Shown: positions 1 to 13,489, counted from the first letter of the stretch. The stretch is 64,000 nucleotides of DNA from Macrostomum lignano (GCA_002269645.1 NIVC01000362.1:496001-560000); one strand, 5' to 3'. The notes: generated by a model from the letters alone, not told the origin. Program-made: numbers and translations.

Positions 1-1042
1 AAGCTAGATCAGTGTTTTGCGGGCTCTTGAGCACATTCATGCAACTTTGGTTTGCTTCTAGGACTTGTAATAACCGTATGTACAATTAATGAGGCGGTTT
101 ATTACAGAATAGGCCAGTAAGTTTTCCCGATTAGTCGCTACCCCCCCCCCCCGGCCTAGAGCCGCTTAATGGTGACGTCACTACATATCGTGCAGATAAG
201 TGTTGATTTTTAGGCAGATTTGACGCAAAAAACGCAAATTATACTACTATCTGAAAATGAAGTAAGTAGTATACAAAAACGCTATCCTAAGCGTGATATG
301 GCAATATGTAGTTGTAATAATCCATGTGCTCATATATGTACATTAATTCCATGTACATTATTCCCTATCTATCTCAAATTGTACATTAATCCCATGTACA
401 TTAATCCCTATCCCAAATTGTCTATCCCCAATTCTATATGTACACTTACATTAATCTACAGTGTCATCCCCAACGCGCGCACACCAAAATTACATCTCGA
501 AAACCTACTACAAGTACAGTTGTACAATCCCATCTAAATGAGTCAACTAATTGTATAGCTCACATCGTAATGTATATTTCCAATGTACATTCTCAGAGAC
601 AGATTTGAATAATACGGGTCGGAGTCTATATGTACATCGATAGCCTCTATACTCATATCCGCTACATACCCCAAAAATTAGGTATGTACATTTCACCCTC
701 GGAGAATGTAGGTTTGAATATGCTGATAATTTATTCGAAATCACTTATAAAATACACATACTTTCATATAGAGGAGGGCCTGTACAAACTCTCACCAAGC
801 GAGGGGGTGGAGGTTGCGTCATCCAAGCCTCTCCCCAAGTCAGACCCCAAATGCAGGACTGTGTTGAAGCAGTGCTTTATATTTCTATTGATAGTGGGTA
901 TGATACAAGACGCTTCGTCGCGCTTTAATTACAGTAAACCATCCCCTCGAAGCTCCTATACTGAATGCTGAATCACCCTTTAACTCGGACCATAGTCAAA
1001 TTCAACCCTGTTCGAAAACAGCCACCCCTCCGATGTTCACCA

Positions 1043-4000
1043 GACTCGTCTTCACAGCGCAGACTCCATAGCAAAATCGAGCTAAATTTTAACACTCGCC
1101 CCTGTTTTCTCTGTCCCCCTTCTAAATGCCAAGGAATTTCGACCCTCTCTCCATTTTCAGTGTACAGACAGATCTTTCCACAGCACAGACCCTATATTAA
1201 ACTTCATTCAGCAAAACCCCTCTCTTCTCCGATTACGTCATCCATGCCACCCCAGATAGCAAGAAACCAACTTTTAATGCACATATCAACCCCGCGAATC
1301 TGAGCAAATCCGAGTCCGCCAACCTCTACCTGCATTGACAAACCCCAGCTGCATTTGTAAATGTACACAGCCTATGAATCAGTGTCTCCACCGCATGCAA
1401 TTCTGATTTACTTGATCTAAACTTTGTAAATAGTATAAGTCACCCTTGCGTTTACTAGAAGTAGTGAAGTCCACAAATTTAAATACGTGAGGCTATTCAA
1501 TTCTGCCTCTCCGCCTCCCCTGCCTCTCACTTCAAGCTTTCAGACTTGGTCTTTGAGACGGTTTAATCTGTTAGAAGCAGGAATGAATCATGCACTGACC
1601 TCTCCACACAAAGTAAAGTTGGAATTTCAAACAAGAAATTTGGTTATTTTGAAAGCTAAATGACTAGAAATGCACATTTTTTCATAAGAAAATACAATTT
1701 TTCACAGTTTTTATGCATTTTTTACGTTAAAATGCAGACTTTATTGATCAAAATCAGTAGTTTCATCACTAGAAACCATACTTTCAACAGCTAATTTGTC
1801 CAAATGTTGCTTTCAACTTGACCTTAGACAGCTTTTAAGCAGGAATGAACCCCACACAAACATCCACAAGCCAGCCCAAAATCATCCAAAGACATGGCTA
1901 TTGAAGCCTAAATTGCTAGAAATGCGCATTTTTTTTCATAAGAAAATACATTTTTCACAGTTTTTATGCATTTTTTACATTAAAATGCAGACTTTATTGA
2001 TCAAAATCAGTAGTTTCATCACTAGAAACCATACTTTCAACAGCTAATTTGTCCAAATGTCGCTTTCAACTTGACCTTAGACAGCTTTTAAGCAGGAATG
2101 AACCCCACACAAACATCCACAAGCCACCCCAGAATCAACCAAAGACATGGCTATTGAAGCCTAAATTGCTAGAAATGAGCATTTTTTCAGAAGAAAATAC
2201 AAATTTTCACAGTTTTTACGCATTTTTTACGTTAAAATGCAGACTTTATTGATCAAAATCAGTAGTTCATCACTAAAAACCACAATTTTAACACAAAATT
2301 ATCACAAATGCTACTTCTGGAACTCTGAGACAGTTTTGAGCAGGAATTATAATCGCACACGGATTACCCGAGCCAGTCCAATTTCCACTAAAGCCATCGT
2401 TTTTTTAAAAGCTAATTCTTAGAATTTCTCATTCTTTCGTTTAATAAAGGCCAATTTTCACAGTTTTATTATTTTCTAACGTTAAAATGCGAAATGCGAA
2501 TTGATCAAACTTAGTAGTTTCATCCCAAAAGCCATAATTTCAACCGCTAATTTGTCCAAATGCTGATTTCAAAGTTGGCAAGAGACAGCTTTCGAGCAGG
2601 AATGAGTCACACACTGATCTCCATATGCACACCCCGGCCCAAGTTGGAATTCCACCCAAGACATTTTCATTGAAAGCTAAATTACTAGAAATTGCACATT
2701 TTCGTTTTAAAAAGGTCAATTTTCACAGTTTTTACTCTTTTTAACGTTAAAATGCTGACTTTATTGAACAAAATTAATCACTTCATCAGCAGAAACCATA
2801 ATTTTTACAACTTAATCGTCAAAAATGCTGTTTCATCATTCAAATGTATGTATTTGGTACGTGTAATACCCCTCAAGAAGTCAGGGAAGGGATTATTCTT
2901 GAATATTGGGTTAAAACGTACAGTTTGCTATAAACCTAGCTATAATAATTTTAACATATACAGTCGGCGAAGCGGCCCGTTGATTTCGATTGACATTTAA
3001 ACTGTCCCTCCCAGACCTCTCTCTCTCTCCTTCTGCACCCACCGAGAAAAGTGACTCATGCGGCAATCAGCTGGACAGGTTTAGTATATTACTGAATTGG
3101 CAAAACAGCCAACACCCAATGGTCATATTAGACTCGTCTTCACAGCACAGACCCATGTAGAACAGAACCACTCGTCCCTGTCTCTCTGACCTTACCATTT
3201 CTAACTGTCAAGGAATTCCGACCCTCCCTCTCCAATTTCAGTGTACAAACCCAGATATTTTCACAGCACAGATTCATATATTGAGCCTCCTCCAACCAAA
3301 ACCCTATCTTGATTACGTCATCCACCTCCCCATAGGAGCAGTTAGCAAGAAACAAAATTTTTCGATGCACATATGAACACTGTGAACCATGCAAAATCGC
3401 ACATCTACGGGTCGATTTTGATTGACAATTTAATACCTTTTGTTGATGCTGCTGTGTACAGTAGTCTTATTTCCGAAGCTCCTAGCAGTCATCTTTTAGA
3501 TGTGGTGAATCAGTGTTGTTTTTGCCAACTTTACATCTTGATTCATCCTCTAAATTCTTTAACTCTGACCATATTCAATAATTTAACCCATGCAAGTAGA
3601 TTTACCAATTCGCCAAATTAGCCAATACGAATGGGGCCAGAGGACCCACCCAAATCGAGCCCTTGTCTCTCTCAGGCCTCTCTCTCCTACACATACCCCA
3701 GAAAAGTGACTCATGAGGCAATCAGTTTAACAGGTTCAGTATACTGAATTGGCAAAACAGCAAACACCCAATGGTCAATGGACTCGTCTTCGCAGCACAG
3801 ACCATTTTGAATAAAGCCAAAACACACATACACCCCTATTCTCTGACCAAACCTTTCCATTTCTAGTTGTCAACGAAATTCGACCGGCCTCTCTCTCAAT
3901 CCCAATGTACATTTTGACGAAGCAAGCAGATCTTTTCACAGCACGGACCCAGCCCCCCCCCCCCCAACCAAAGCCCTATCTCTGATTACGTCATCTATAC

Positions 4001-4150
4001 ATCCCCATAGAAGCAGTTAGCAAGAAAAAAATTTCGATGCACATATATGAACAATGCGAACCAAGCAAATCCGCGCGTCTACCAAAGCCAACCCTACCCT
4101 GCGTGCTGTAATTGCATTTGTCAATGTACACACCCTATGAATCAGTGTCT
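1043..4150. repeat. Three diverged copies of a 300-400-bp module (starts about 1043, 3131, 3781), each containing GATTACGTCATC; also present in every A unit
   Basis: Shared gactcgtctt(c/g)cagc...gattacgtcatc...tagcaagaaa...atgcacatat blocks at the three positions. Confidence 0.8.
1660..2830. repeat. About 253-bp satellite-like subrepeat, about 5 progressively diverged copies (also at about 6910-8080, 16770-17940, 26630-27800)
   Basis: ttattgatcaaaatcagtag at 1741, 1994 and 2246, with diverged copies near 2500 and 2761. Confidence 0.9.
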
Positions 4151-7100
4151 CCTTCTTTGGAACACACGAAGGCATTAGTCAGAAAGTTTGGATGCAATTA
4201 AAAACTCTCTCGATGCTTTGTGTATAAACGAGTAATCGATTGAATCAATTGTACACTTGACACATTTAATTACGTGCTGCCATGCAACGGAAAGACAGGA
4301 TAATGGGGTGGGTGGTCACGCAGCCTCATTCTCTCTTTCCTACTGATTTTTCATTATCTATCAATCTCAGCTCTTTCCGGGGCAACTCGCGCATGTGTGC
4401 ATAGTTCCTCATCAGATTTACCACATGTTCATTTACATGTGATGTACATATGCAAGCGGCAGCCGATTTAAACCTGATAAATGGTTGAAGCACTCCCCCG
4501 ACTATGACTAAAACGCATGTCCTGTGTTACGACACTGCCTAGCAACAGTATAATTTTTGCAGGTCAAGGAGCATTAATACTAACACTCCTATTTTACATT
4601 CATTGAGAGGCGGCGGCAGCGGGCGGAGGCGGCAGTAGAGACAGGGACTGTGCTGCGCACAGTCACGGTCCGGCCCCCCTCTGACACTAACACTCCTATT
4701 TTACATTCATTGAGAGGCGGCGGCAGCGGGCAGAGGGGGGCCGGACCGTGACTGTGCGCAGCACAGTCCCTGTCTCTACTGCCGCCTCCGCCCGCTGCCG
4801 CCGCCTCTCAATGAATGTAAAATAGGAGTGTTAGTATTAATGCTCCTTGACCTGCAAAAATTATACTGTTGCTAGGCAGTGTCGTAACACAGGACATGCG
4901 TTTTTCTGTAAAGTAATAATAACCCCACCATTAATATAGACAGTTGGTTGTGTAAACGAATGATTTGAAAGTTTAGTCTATGTTTTGCAAAATGTCTCTA
5001 TGAAAACTCATCTTCCTACTGACAGTAGAGTTTGCAAAAATCAGTTCTTGGAAGAATGCGACATTTTCGTGAAAATATTTAAACTGCTATATTGGGCCTA
5101 TGACAGATTTTTATTGAGAAACTATCATCATTTCCACAGAGAAAGATAAACATGTGAAGCTTTCGTGAAGATTACATCTTCATACTACGGGTATCAAATT
5201 ATCCTGTATTTGACTGAACGTACGTGCATTTAGTCATAGTCGGGGGAGTGCTTCAACCATTTATCAGGTTTAAATCGGCTGCCGCTTGCATATGTACATC
5301 ACATGTAAATGAACATGTGGTAAATCTGATGAGGAACTATGCACACATGCGCGAGTTGCCCCGGAAAGAGCTGAGATTGATAGATAATGAAAAATCAGTA
5401 GGAAAGAGAGAATGAGGCTGCGTGACCACCCACCCCATTATCCTGTCTTTCCGTTGCATGGCAGCACGTAATTAAATGTGTCAAGTGTACAATTGATTCA
5501 ATCGATTACTCGTTTATACACAAAGCATCGAGAGAGTTTTTAATTGCATCCAAACTTTCTGACTAATGCCTTCGTGTGTTCCAAAAAGGAGACACTGATT
5601 CATAGGGTGTGTACATTGACAAATGCAATTACAGCACGCAGGGTAGGGTTGGCTTTGGTAGACGCGCGGATTTGCTTGGTTCGCATTGTTCATATATGTG
5701 CATCGAAATTTTTTTCTTGCTAACTGCTTCTATGGGGATGTATAGATGACGTAATCAGAGATAGGGCTTTGGTTGGGGGGGGGGGGCTGGGTCCGTGCTG
5801 TGAAAAGATCTGCTTGCTTCGTCAAAATGTACATTGGGATTGAGAGAGAGGCCGGTCGAATTTCGTTGACAACTAGAAATGGAAAGGTTTGGTCAGAGAA
5901 TAGGGGTGTATGTGTGTTTTGGCTTTATTCAAAATGGTCTGTGCTGCGAAGACGAGTCCATTGACCATTGGGTGTTTGCTGTTTTGCCAATTCAGTATAC
6001 TGAACCTGTTAAACTGATTGCCTCATGAGTCACTTTTCTGGGGTATGTGTAGGAGAGAGAGGCCTGAGAGAGACAAGGGCTCGATTTGGGTGGGTCCTCT
6101 GGCCCCATTCGTATTGGCTAATTTGGCGAATTGGTAAATCTACTTGCATGGGTTAAATTATTGAATATGGTCAGAGTTAAAGAATTTAGAGGATGAATCA
6201 AGATGTAAAGTTGGCAAAAACAACACTGATTCACCACATCTAAAAGATGACTGCTAGGAGCTTCGGAAATAAGACTACTGTACACAGCAGCATCAACAAA
6301 AGGTATTAAATTGTCAATCAAAATCGACCCGTAGATGTGCGATTTTGCATGGTTCACAGTGTTCATATGTGCATCGAAAAATTTTGTTTCTTGCTAACTG
6401 CTCCTATGGGGAGGTGGATGACGTAATCAAGATAGGGTTTTGGTTGGAGGAGGCTCAATATATGAATCTGTGCTGTGAAAATATCTGGGTTTGTACACTG
6501 AAATTGGAGAGGGAGGGTCGGAATTCCTTGACAGTTAGAAATGGTAAGGTCAGAGAGACAGGGACGAGTGGTTCTGTTCTACATGGGTCTGTGCTGTGAA
6601 GACGAGTCTAATATGACCATTGGGTGTTGGCTGTTTTGCCAATTCAGTAATATACTAAACCTGTCCAGCTGATTGCCGCATGAGTCACTTTTCTCGGTGG
6701 GTGCAGAAGGAGAGAGAGAGAGGTCTGGGAGGGACAGTTTAAATGTCAATCGAAATCAACGGGCCGCTTCGCCGACTGTATATGTTAAAATTATTATAGC
6801 TAGGTTTATAGCAAACTGTACGTTTTAACCCAATATTCAAGAATAATCCCTTCCCTGACTTCTTGAGGGGTATTACACGTACCAAATACATACATTTGAA
6901 TGATGAAACAGCATTTTTGACGATTAAGTTGTAAAAATTATGGTTTCTGCTGATGAAGTGATTAATTTTGTTCAATAAAGTCAGCATTTTAACGTTAAAA
7001 AGAGTAAAAACTGTGAAAATTGACCTTTTTAAAACGAAAATGTGCAATTTCTAGTAATTTAGCTTTCAATGAAAATGTCTTGGGTGGAATTCCAACTTGG

Positions 7101-10100
7101 GCCGGGGTGTGCATATGGAGATCAGTGTGTGACTCATTCCTGCTCGAAAGCTGTCTCTTGCCAACTTTGAAATCAGCATTTGGACAAATTAGCGGTTGAA
7201 ATTATGGCTTTTGGGATGAAACTACTAAGTTTGATCAATTCGCATTTCGCATTTTAACGTTAGAAAATAATAAAACTGTGAAAATTGGCCTTTATTAAAC
7301 GAAAGAATGAGAAATTCTAAGAATTAGCTTTTAAAAAAACGATGGCTTTAGTGGAAATTGGACTGGCTCGGGTAATCCGTGTGCGATTATAATTCCTGCT
7401 CAAAACTGTCTCAGAGTTCCAGAAGTAGCATTTGTGATAATTTTGTGTTAAAATTGTGGTTTTTAGTGATGAACTACTGATTTTGATCAATAAAGTCTGC
7501 ATTTTAACGTAAAAAATGCGTAAAAACTGTGAAAATTTGTATTTTCTTCTGAAAAAATGCTCATTTCTAGCAATTTAGGCTTCAATAGCCATGTCTTTGG
7601 TTGATTCTGGGGTGGCTTGTGGATGTTTGTGTGGGGTTCATTCCTGCTTAAAAGCTGTCTAAGGTCAAGTTGAAAGCGACATTTGGACAAATTAGCTGTT
7701 GAAAGTATGGTTTCTAGTGATGAAACTACTGATTTTGATCAATAAAGTCTGCATTTTAATGTAAAAAATGCATAAAAACTGTGAAAAATGTATTTTCTTA
7801 TGAAAAAAATGCGCATTTCTAGCAATTTAGGCTTCAATAGCCATGTCTTTGGATGATTTTGGGCTGGCTTGTGGATGTTTGTGTGGGGTTCATTCCTGCT
7901 TAAAAGCTGTCTAAGGTCAAGTTGAAAGCAACATTTGGACAAATTAGCTGTTGAAAGTATGGTTTCTAGTGATGAAACTACTGATTTTGATCAATAAAGT
8001 CTGCATTTTAACGTAAAAAATGCATAAAAACTGTGAAAAATTGTATTTTCTTATGAAAAAATGTGCATTTCTAGTCATTTAGCTTTCAAAATAACCAAAT
8101 TTCTTGTTTGAAATTCCAACTTTACTTTGTGTGGAGAGGTCAGTGCATGATTCATTCCTGCTTCTAACAGATTAAACCGTCTCAAAGACCAAGTCTGAAA
8201 GCTTGAAGTGAGAGGCAGGGGAGGCGGAGAGGCAGAATTGAATAGCCTCACGTATTTAAATTTGTGGACTTCACTACTTCTAGTAAACGCAAGGGTGACT
8301 TATACTATTTACAAAGTTTAGATCAAGTAAATCAGAATTGCATGCGGTGGAGACACTGATTCATAGGCTGTGTACATTTACAAATGCAGCTGGGGTTTGT
8401 CAATGCAGGTAGAGGTTGGCGGACTCGGATTTGCTCAGATTCGCGGGGTTGATATGTGCATTAAAAGTTGGTTTCTTGCTATCTGGGGTGGCATGGATGA
8501 CGTAATCGGAGAAGAGAGGGGTTTTGCTGAATGAAGTTTAATATAGGGTCTGTGCTGTGGAAAGATCTGTCTGTACACTGAAAATGGAGAGAGGGTCGAA
8601 ATTCCTTGGCATTTAGAAGGGGGACAGAGAAAACAGGGGCGAGTGTTAAAATTTAGCTCGATTTTGCTATGGAGTCTGCGCTGTGAAGACGAGTCTGGTG
8701 AACATCGGAGGGGTGGCTGTTTTCGAACAGGGTTGAATTTGACTATGGTCCGAGTTAAAGGGTGATTCAGCATTCAGTATAGGAGCTTCGAGGGGATGGT
8801 TTACTGTAATTAAAGCGCGACGAAGCGTCTTGTATCATACCCACTATCAATAGAAATATAAAGCACTGCTTCAACACAGTCCTGCATTTGGGGTCTGACT
8901 TGGGGAGAGGCTTGGATGACGCAACCTCCACCCCCTCGCTTGGTGAGAGTTTGTACAGGCCCTCCTCTATATGAAAGTATGTGTATTTTATAAGTGATTT
9001 CGAATAAATTATCAGCATATTCAAACCTACATTCTCCGAGGGTGAAATGTACATACCTAATTTTTGGGGTATGTAGCGGATATGAGTATAGAGGCTATCG
9101 ATGTACATATAGACTCCGACCCGTATTATTCAAATCTGTCTCTGAGAATGTACATTGGAAATATACATTACGATGTGAGCTATACAATTAGTTGACTCAT
9201 TTAGATGGGATTGTACAACTGTACTTGTAGTAGGTTTTCGAGATGTAATTTTGGTGTGCGCGCGTTGGGGATGACACTGTAGATTAATGTAAGTGTACAT
9301 ATAGAATTGGGGATAGACAATTTGGGATAGGGATTAATGTACATGGGATTAATGTACAATTTGAGATAGATAGGGAATAATGTACATGGAATTAATGTAC
9401 ATATATGAGCACATGGATTATTACAACTACATATTGCCATATCACGCTTAGGATAGCGTTTTTGTATACTACTTACTTCATTTTCAGATAGTAGTATAAT
9501 TTGCGTTTTTTGCGTCAAATCTGCCTAAAAATCAACACTTATCTGCACGATATGTAGTGACGTCACCATTAAGCGGCTCTAGGCCGGGGGGGGGGTAGCG
9601 ACTAATCGGGAAAACTTACTGGCCTATTCTGTAATAAACCGCCTCATTAATTGTACATACGGTTATTACAAGTCCTAGAAGCAAACCAAAGTTGCATGAA
9701 TGTGCTCAAGAGCCCGCAAAACACTGATCTAGCTTTAAGCTGCCGGATGGTCAGCAGAGCTGACCATGGACCCTTGGACCAACAGCCTTCACTGCTGATT
9801 TTTTTGAGTCTATGGTAAAAGAAAAGTTATGTGCTGCACCCACAGTAGCCGTTTCTGCCGAGCATGGTCAGCAGCGCTGATCATACGAAAAATGGGTGAA
9901 AAAAGTCCTACTTATCTGCAATGGAATCCAGTGACTCGGTTTCAGCATTCTCTGTAATATCATCAGTCCTGCAGAATCCGATGTATGCAAAATTTCCATG
10001 GCTGTAGCTGATTTACTTTTAAAAAATGATGCACTACTCGTATTAAGGAGGTGCAGTGCTTTTTCTTTCAAAAAGGCCTGTTTGCAGATTTTAAAGTGAA

Positions 10101-11009
10101 CTGTAATGTCTATAGCCAGGTATCGAGTGTACACACTGCATAATCTATATAGAGTGCATCAAGTGAAATGCACTTTGAAACTGCTTTTTTTCGACCCTAG
10201 ATTTGTCCAAGCCAAGTATAGAATGCTCCCTTCTCGGCTAGAATACAGCGGCGCATTAAGATTCTAGCTATGGTCTATGGACAGCCCAGCTGACCATGCC
10301 GGCAGGAACGGAGCTTTTGTATTTCTAGCTCCGGTGCGAAAAGGCTAGAAATCCTGGAGCTATCTGGAAAAGCTGCGATCAAAGGATTTCTACTATCCAC
10401 AAACACACATTCCACAACAGACACAATCATCTCGTTGAGTCTCTACTCATCTTCGCTGTAGTCGGTTGGGGGAGCCAAAGGGTAATAAGTCACTCAAGAC
10501 AGCTACGATTTCAGCAAGACTTAGTGACTCAAAACCGATGCTGTCTTCTATATACTACGTCGCTCGTGTTGCAAATAACTCAAAAATGTTGCAGATAAAA
10601 ATTAAAGAGATCAAGTAGACCTACAGACAATTACTCATTCGATCATAAATACCCAATCCAGTATTTTCGAGAACTGCATCAAATCGACATTATTAAAATT
10701 TCCTATGTTAACATGGCAAAAACTGGGGTATAAATAAATTATTTTCATTTATATTAGTCTATGGTCTAAAGCATAACCTTCGGACTTGTTCCAGGCCTCG
10801 GCCATGGAGGAAAGAATAGAATGGAGTGCTAATCTGAGCAAGTTATTTTTGCTTCGCTCAATCTTCACTTTTAGCACCCCTTCCCCCCTGTTCCTTCCTA
10901 TTGGCTCGTGACTGCCATAGACAGTCATTCTCGTCTAAACCATACGAGGACATTCCATCATACGAGTATCCTAGCCCATGTGTCGTCTCAACCCATCTAA
11001 CACGCTTGA

Positions 11010-11315
11010 GCCCTCTGTCCTCCTCTAGCACCCCTGCTCCCCCTCTAGCCCTCTGTCCCCCTCTAGCACCCCTGCTCCCCTCTAGCCCTCTGTCCCCCTC
11101 TAGCACCCCTGCTCCCCTCTAGCCCTGTCCCCCTGCTCCCCTCTAGCCCTCTGTCCCCCTGCTCCTCTCTAGCCCTCTGTCCCCCTGCTCCTCTCTAGCC
11201 CTCTGTCCCCCTGCTCCCCTCTAGCCCTCTGTCCCCTGCTCCCCTCTAGCCCTTTGTCCCTCCTCTATCCATCTGTACCCCGTCTCCCCCTAGCACCGTT
11301 CCCTCTGCCCTCTCT
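11010..11315. repeat. Pyrimidine-rich minisatellite (ccctctagccctctgtccccctgct variants); second copy about 20872-21177
   Basis: Repeat units are visible directly. Confidence 0.9.
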
Positions 11316-12165
11316 AAGATAGCACCCCTCACCCCTTACGTGTTAATAATCAGTTAGTTTAAGTTAGCATCAACTCACTTAATTAGGGACAAAGTTAAGT
11401 TATATTACTATTTAGTAGTAAAAGTCGCTAATTTTATTATATCTCTCCCTAACCACTTTACCTTGAATTATATATTATATCAATGCGCATACTTAAGTAG
11501 AATAAAGTAACAAAAATAAACAAATATTACAAAACAGATTTCCAACTGATAATAAATTTCAACTGTGCTTGAAATATTACAGATTTTTGTTTCTTCTTTT
11601 AAACAGATGGTTTATTTATTAGAGTAGATTATTAATTATCAGATTAGGAAACTAGAGCAAGAAAGAGAAGTGCAATACATTATGATTAGCTGCTAGGCTG
11701 AACTTGCTATAATATTACTATTATACGAATTATTATTATATGATTTAAAACCAGTGAAACTATGCAACAAAAGACCTCGTTGTTCATTGTTACAAAGACA
11801 ACTAAATAAATAACTGAAAAACACTAACACACACACAAATACACACATATATATTGAAATACTTTATTTGTTTGTTTACAAAAATAGTTATAAAGAAACA
11901 GAACAGATGAGGCTGATATTTTGGTTACTATTTATGGAAACAACTAGTGAATTACCCTTATTATAAAACTCGTACATAAAGGCGATAACCGCCGGTCTTT
12001 TAATTAATTTTTTACAACAACAAAGAATGTCCACCCTAGTTGAATTAGTTAGTGCAGAATGTACGCAGGTAATGAGTCGATGAGTCAATATTAGACACTG
12101 CTCAGGCAGGGCCTGGCTTAACAAAGCAATATTTAAATTATATCAGTACTAGAGAAACTTTCAAT

Positions 12166-12810
12166 TTGGAATCTCACCCTGACAGTCTGGAATCTCACCT
12201 TGACAGTTTGGAATCTCACCCTGACAGTTTGGAATCTCACTCTAACAGACTGGAATCTCACTTTGACAGGCTGGAATCTCACCCAGACAGTCTGGAATCT
12301 CACCCTGTCAGTTTGGAATCTCACCCTGACAGTCTGGAATCTCACTTTGACAGTCTGGAATCTCACCCTGACAGTTTGGAATCTCACTCTGACAGTTTGG
12401 AATCTCACTTTGACAGTCTGAAATCTCACCCTGACAGTTTGGAATCTCACTCTGACAGTCTGGAATCTCACCCTGACAGTTTGGAATCTCACTCTGACAG
12501 TTTGGAATCTCACCCTGACAGTCTGGAATCTCACCCTGACAGTTTGGAATCTCACTCTGACAGTTTGGAATCTCACTCTGACAGTTTGGAATCTCACTTT
12601 GACAGTCTGGAATCTCACCCTGACGGTTTGGAATCTCACCCTGACAGTCTGGAATCTCACACTAACAGTCTGGAATCTCACCCTGACAGTTTGGAATCTC
12701 ACTCTGACGGTTTGGAATCTCACCCCGCAGTCTGGAATCTCACACTGACAGTCTGGAATCTCCCCCTGACGGTTCGGAATCTGACCCTGACAGTCTAAAA
12801 TCTCGCTCTG
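12166..12810. repeat. 21-bp minisatellite, about 30 copies (ggaatctcaccctgacagtct), unit 1
   Basis: Exact 21-bp period, translating as (SLESHPD)n and (VRFQTVR)n. Confidence 0.95.
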
Positions 12811-12950
12811 ACAGTCTGACAGCCTACTATAAAACTTTGAGAAATGAACAGCAAACATTAAAAAATTCAGTTTAAATTCCTGTAAAAGCAGCCACAAGCC
12901 CCGCAGGTCAGTTACAAACTAAACGACAAAAGTTCGAAGAATTCAGGCAC

Positions 12951-13386
12951 TCAGCGCGAACCGGAGCGAGAACGCGAGCGCGAACGAGAATGAGACGGCG
13001 AACGAGAGCGCGACGGCGAGCGCGACATCGAGGCGGCGCCACGGCGATCATTGTCCTCGTCGTCGTAGTTGTCGCGGCCTGAAGCTGGCGGCAGCGGTGC
13101 CATCGGCGATGGCGAGCGATGCTGAGGCGGCGGAGAGCCCGACGAAGCTCGGCGACGCCTATTATCTTCGCCGCCTCCGTTCTCGTCGGTGGCGTCACGT
13201 CGTCTGCCGCGGTCACGGTCGCCGCGGTCGCTGCGGTCACGGTCGCCGCTGTCGCCGCGGTCGCTGCCGCGATGATGCCGAGATTCGCGGTCATCGCCTC
13301 CGCCGCCTCGGCTGCCGCTGCCAGCTGGCGAGCGAGACGATCGACGGCCGCGCCCGGAGCTGCGACGCGGGGAACGCGGCGAGCGG
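12951..13386 (-). CDS. Terminal coding exon of a serine/arginine-rich (RS-domain) protein, unit 1 copy; partial gene
   Basis: A frame absent from the ORF track (no ATG) reads RSPRSPRRSSGRGRRSSRSP...SMSRSPSRSRSPSHSRSRSRSRSGSR*. It is preceded by a branch-like ctcac, a polypyrimidine run and gcag acceptor (AG at 13388-13387). GC-rich relative to the flanks. Confidence 0.7.
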
Positions 13387-13489
13387 CTGCGCAGGTAGGG
13401 GGGGGGGTGGGGTGAGTTGGCGGCTGTGCTGGAAGGGGAATTACATCCCTTCTACCACTTCCTACCCGTAGTTCTACCTCTCCCACCTG

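Larger units (their letters stand above)
1..9735. repeat. Giant inverted repeat (palindrome): left arm 1-4683, 47-bp spacer 4684-4730, right arm 4731-9735; left arm probably continues beyond the window
   Basis: Bases 1-15 (aagctagatcagtgt) are the reverse complement of 9721-9735. The ORF track is mirrored (220..537+ vs 9201..9518-, 3140..3394- vs 6345..6599+). The arms differ by a 327-bp segment (4905-5231) missing on the left, three homopolymer lengths and one 1-bp indel. Confidence 0.97.

Noticed and set aside
1660-2830. Regularly spaced repeats as a possible CRISPR array
   Set aside because: Whole 253-bp units are homologous, with no unique spacers and no cas genes, in a eukaryotic context.
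220-9518. Many 60-113 aa ORFs repeated in each A copy
   Set aside because: No recognisable motifs; several derive from the 253-bp satellite; they recur only because the DNA is duplicated.
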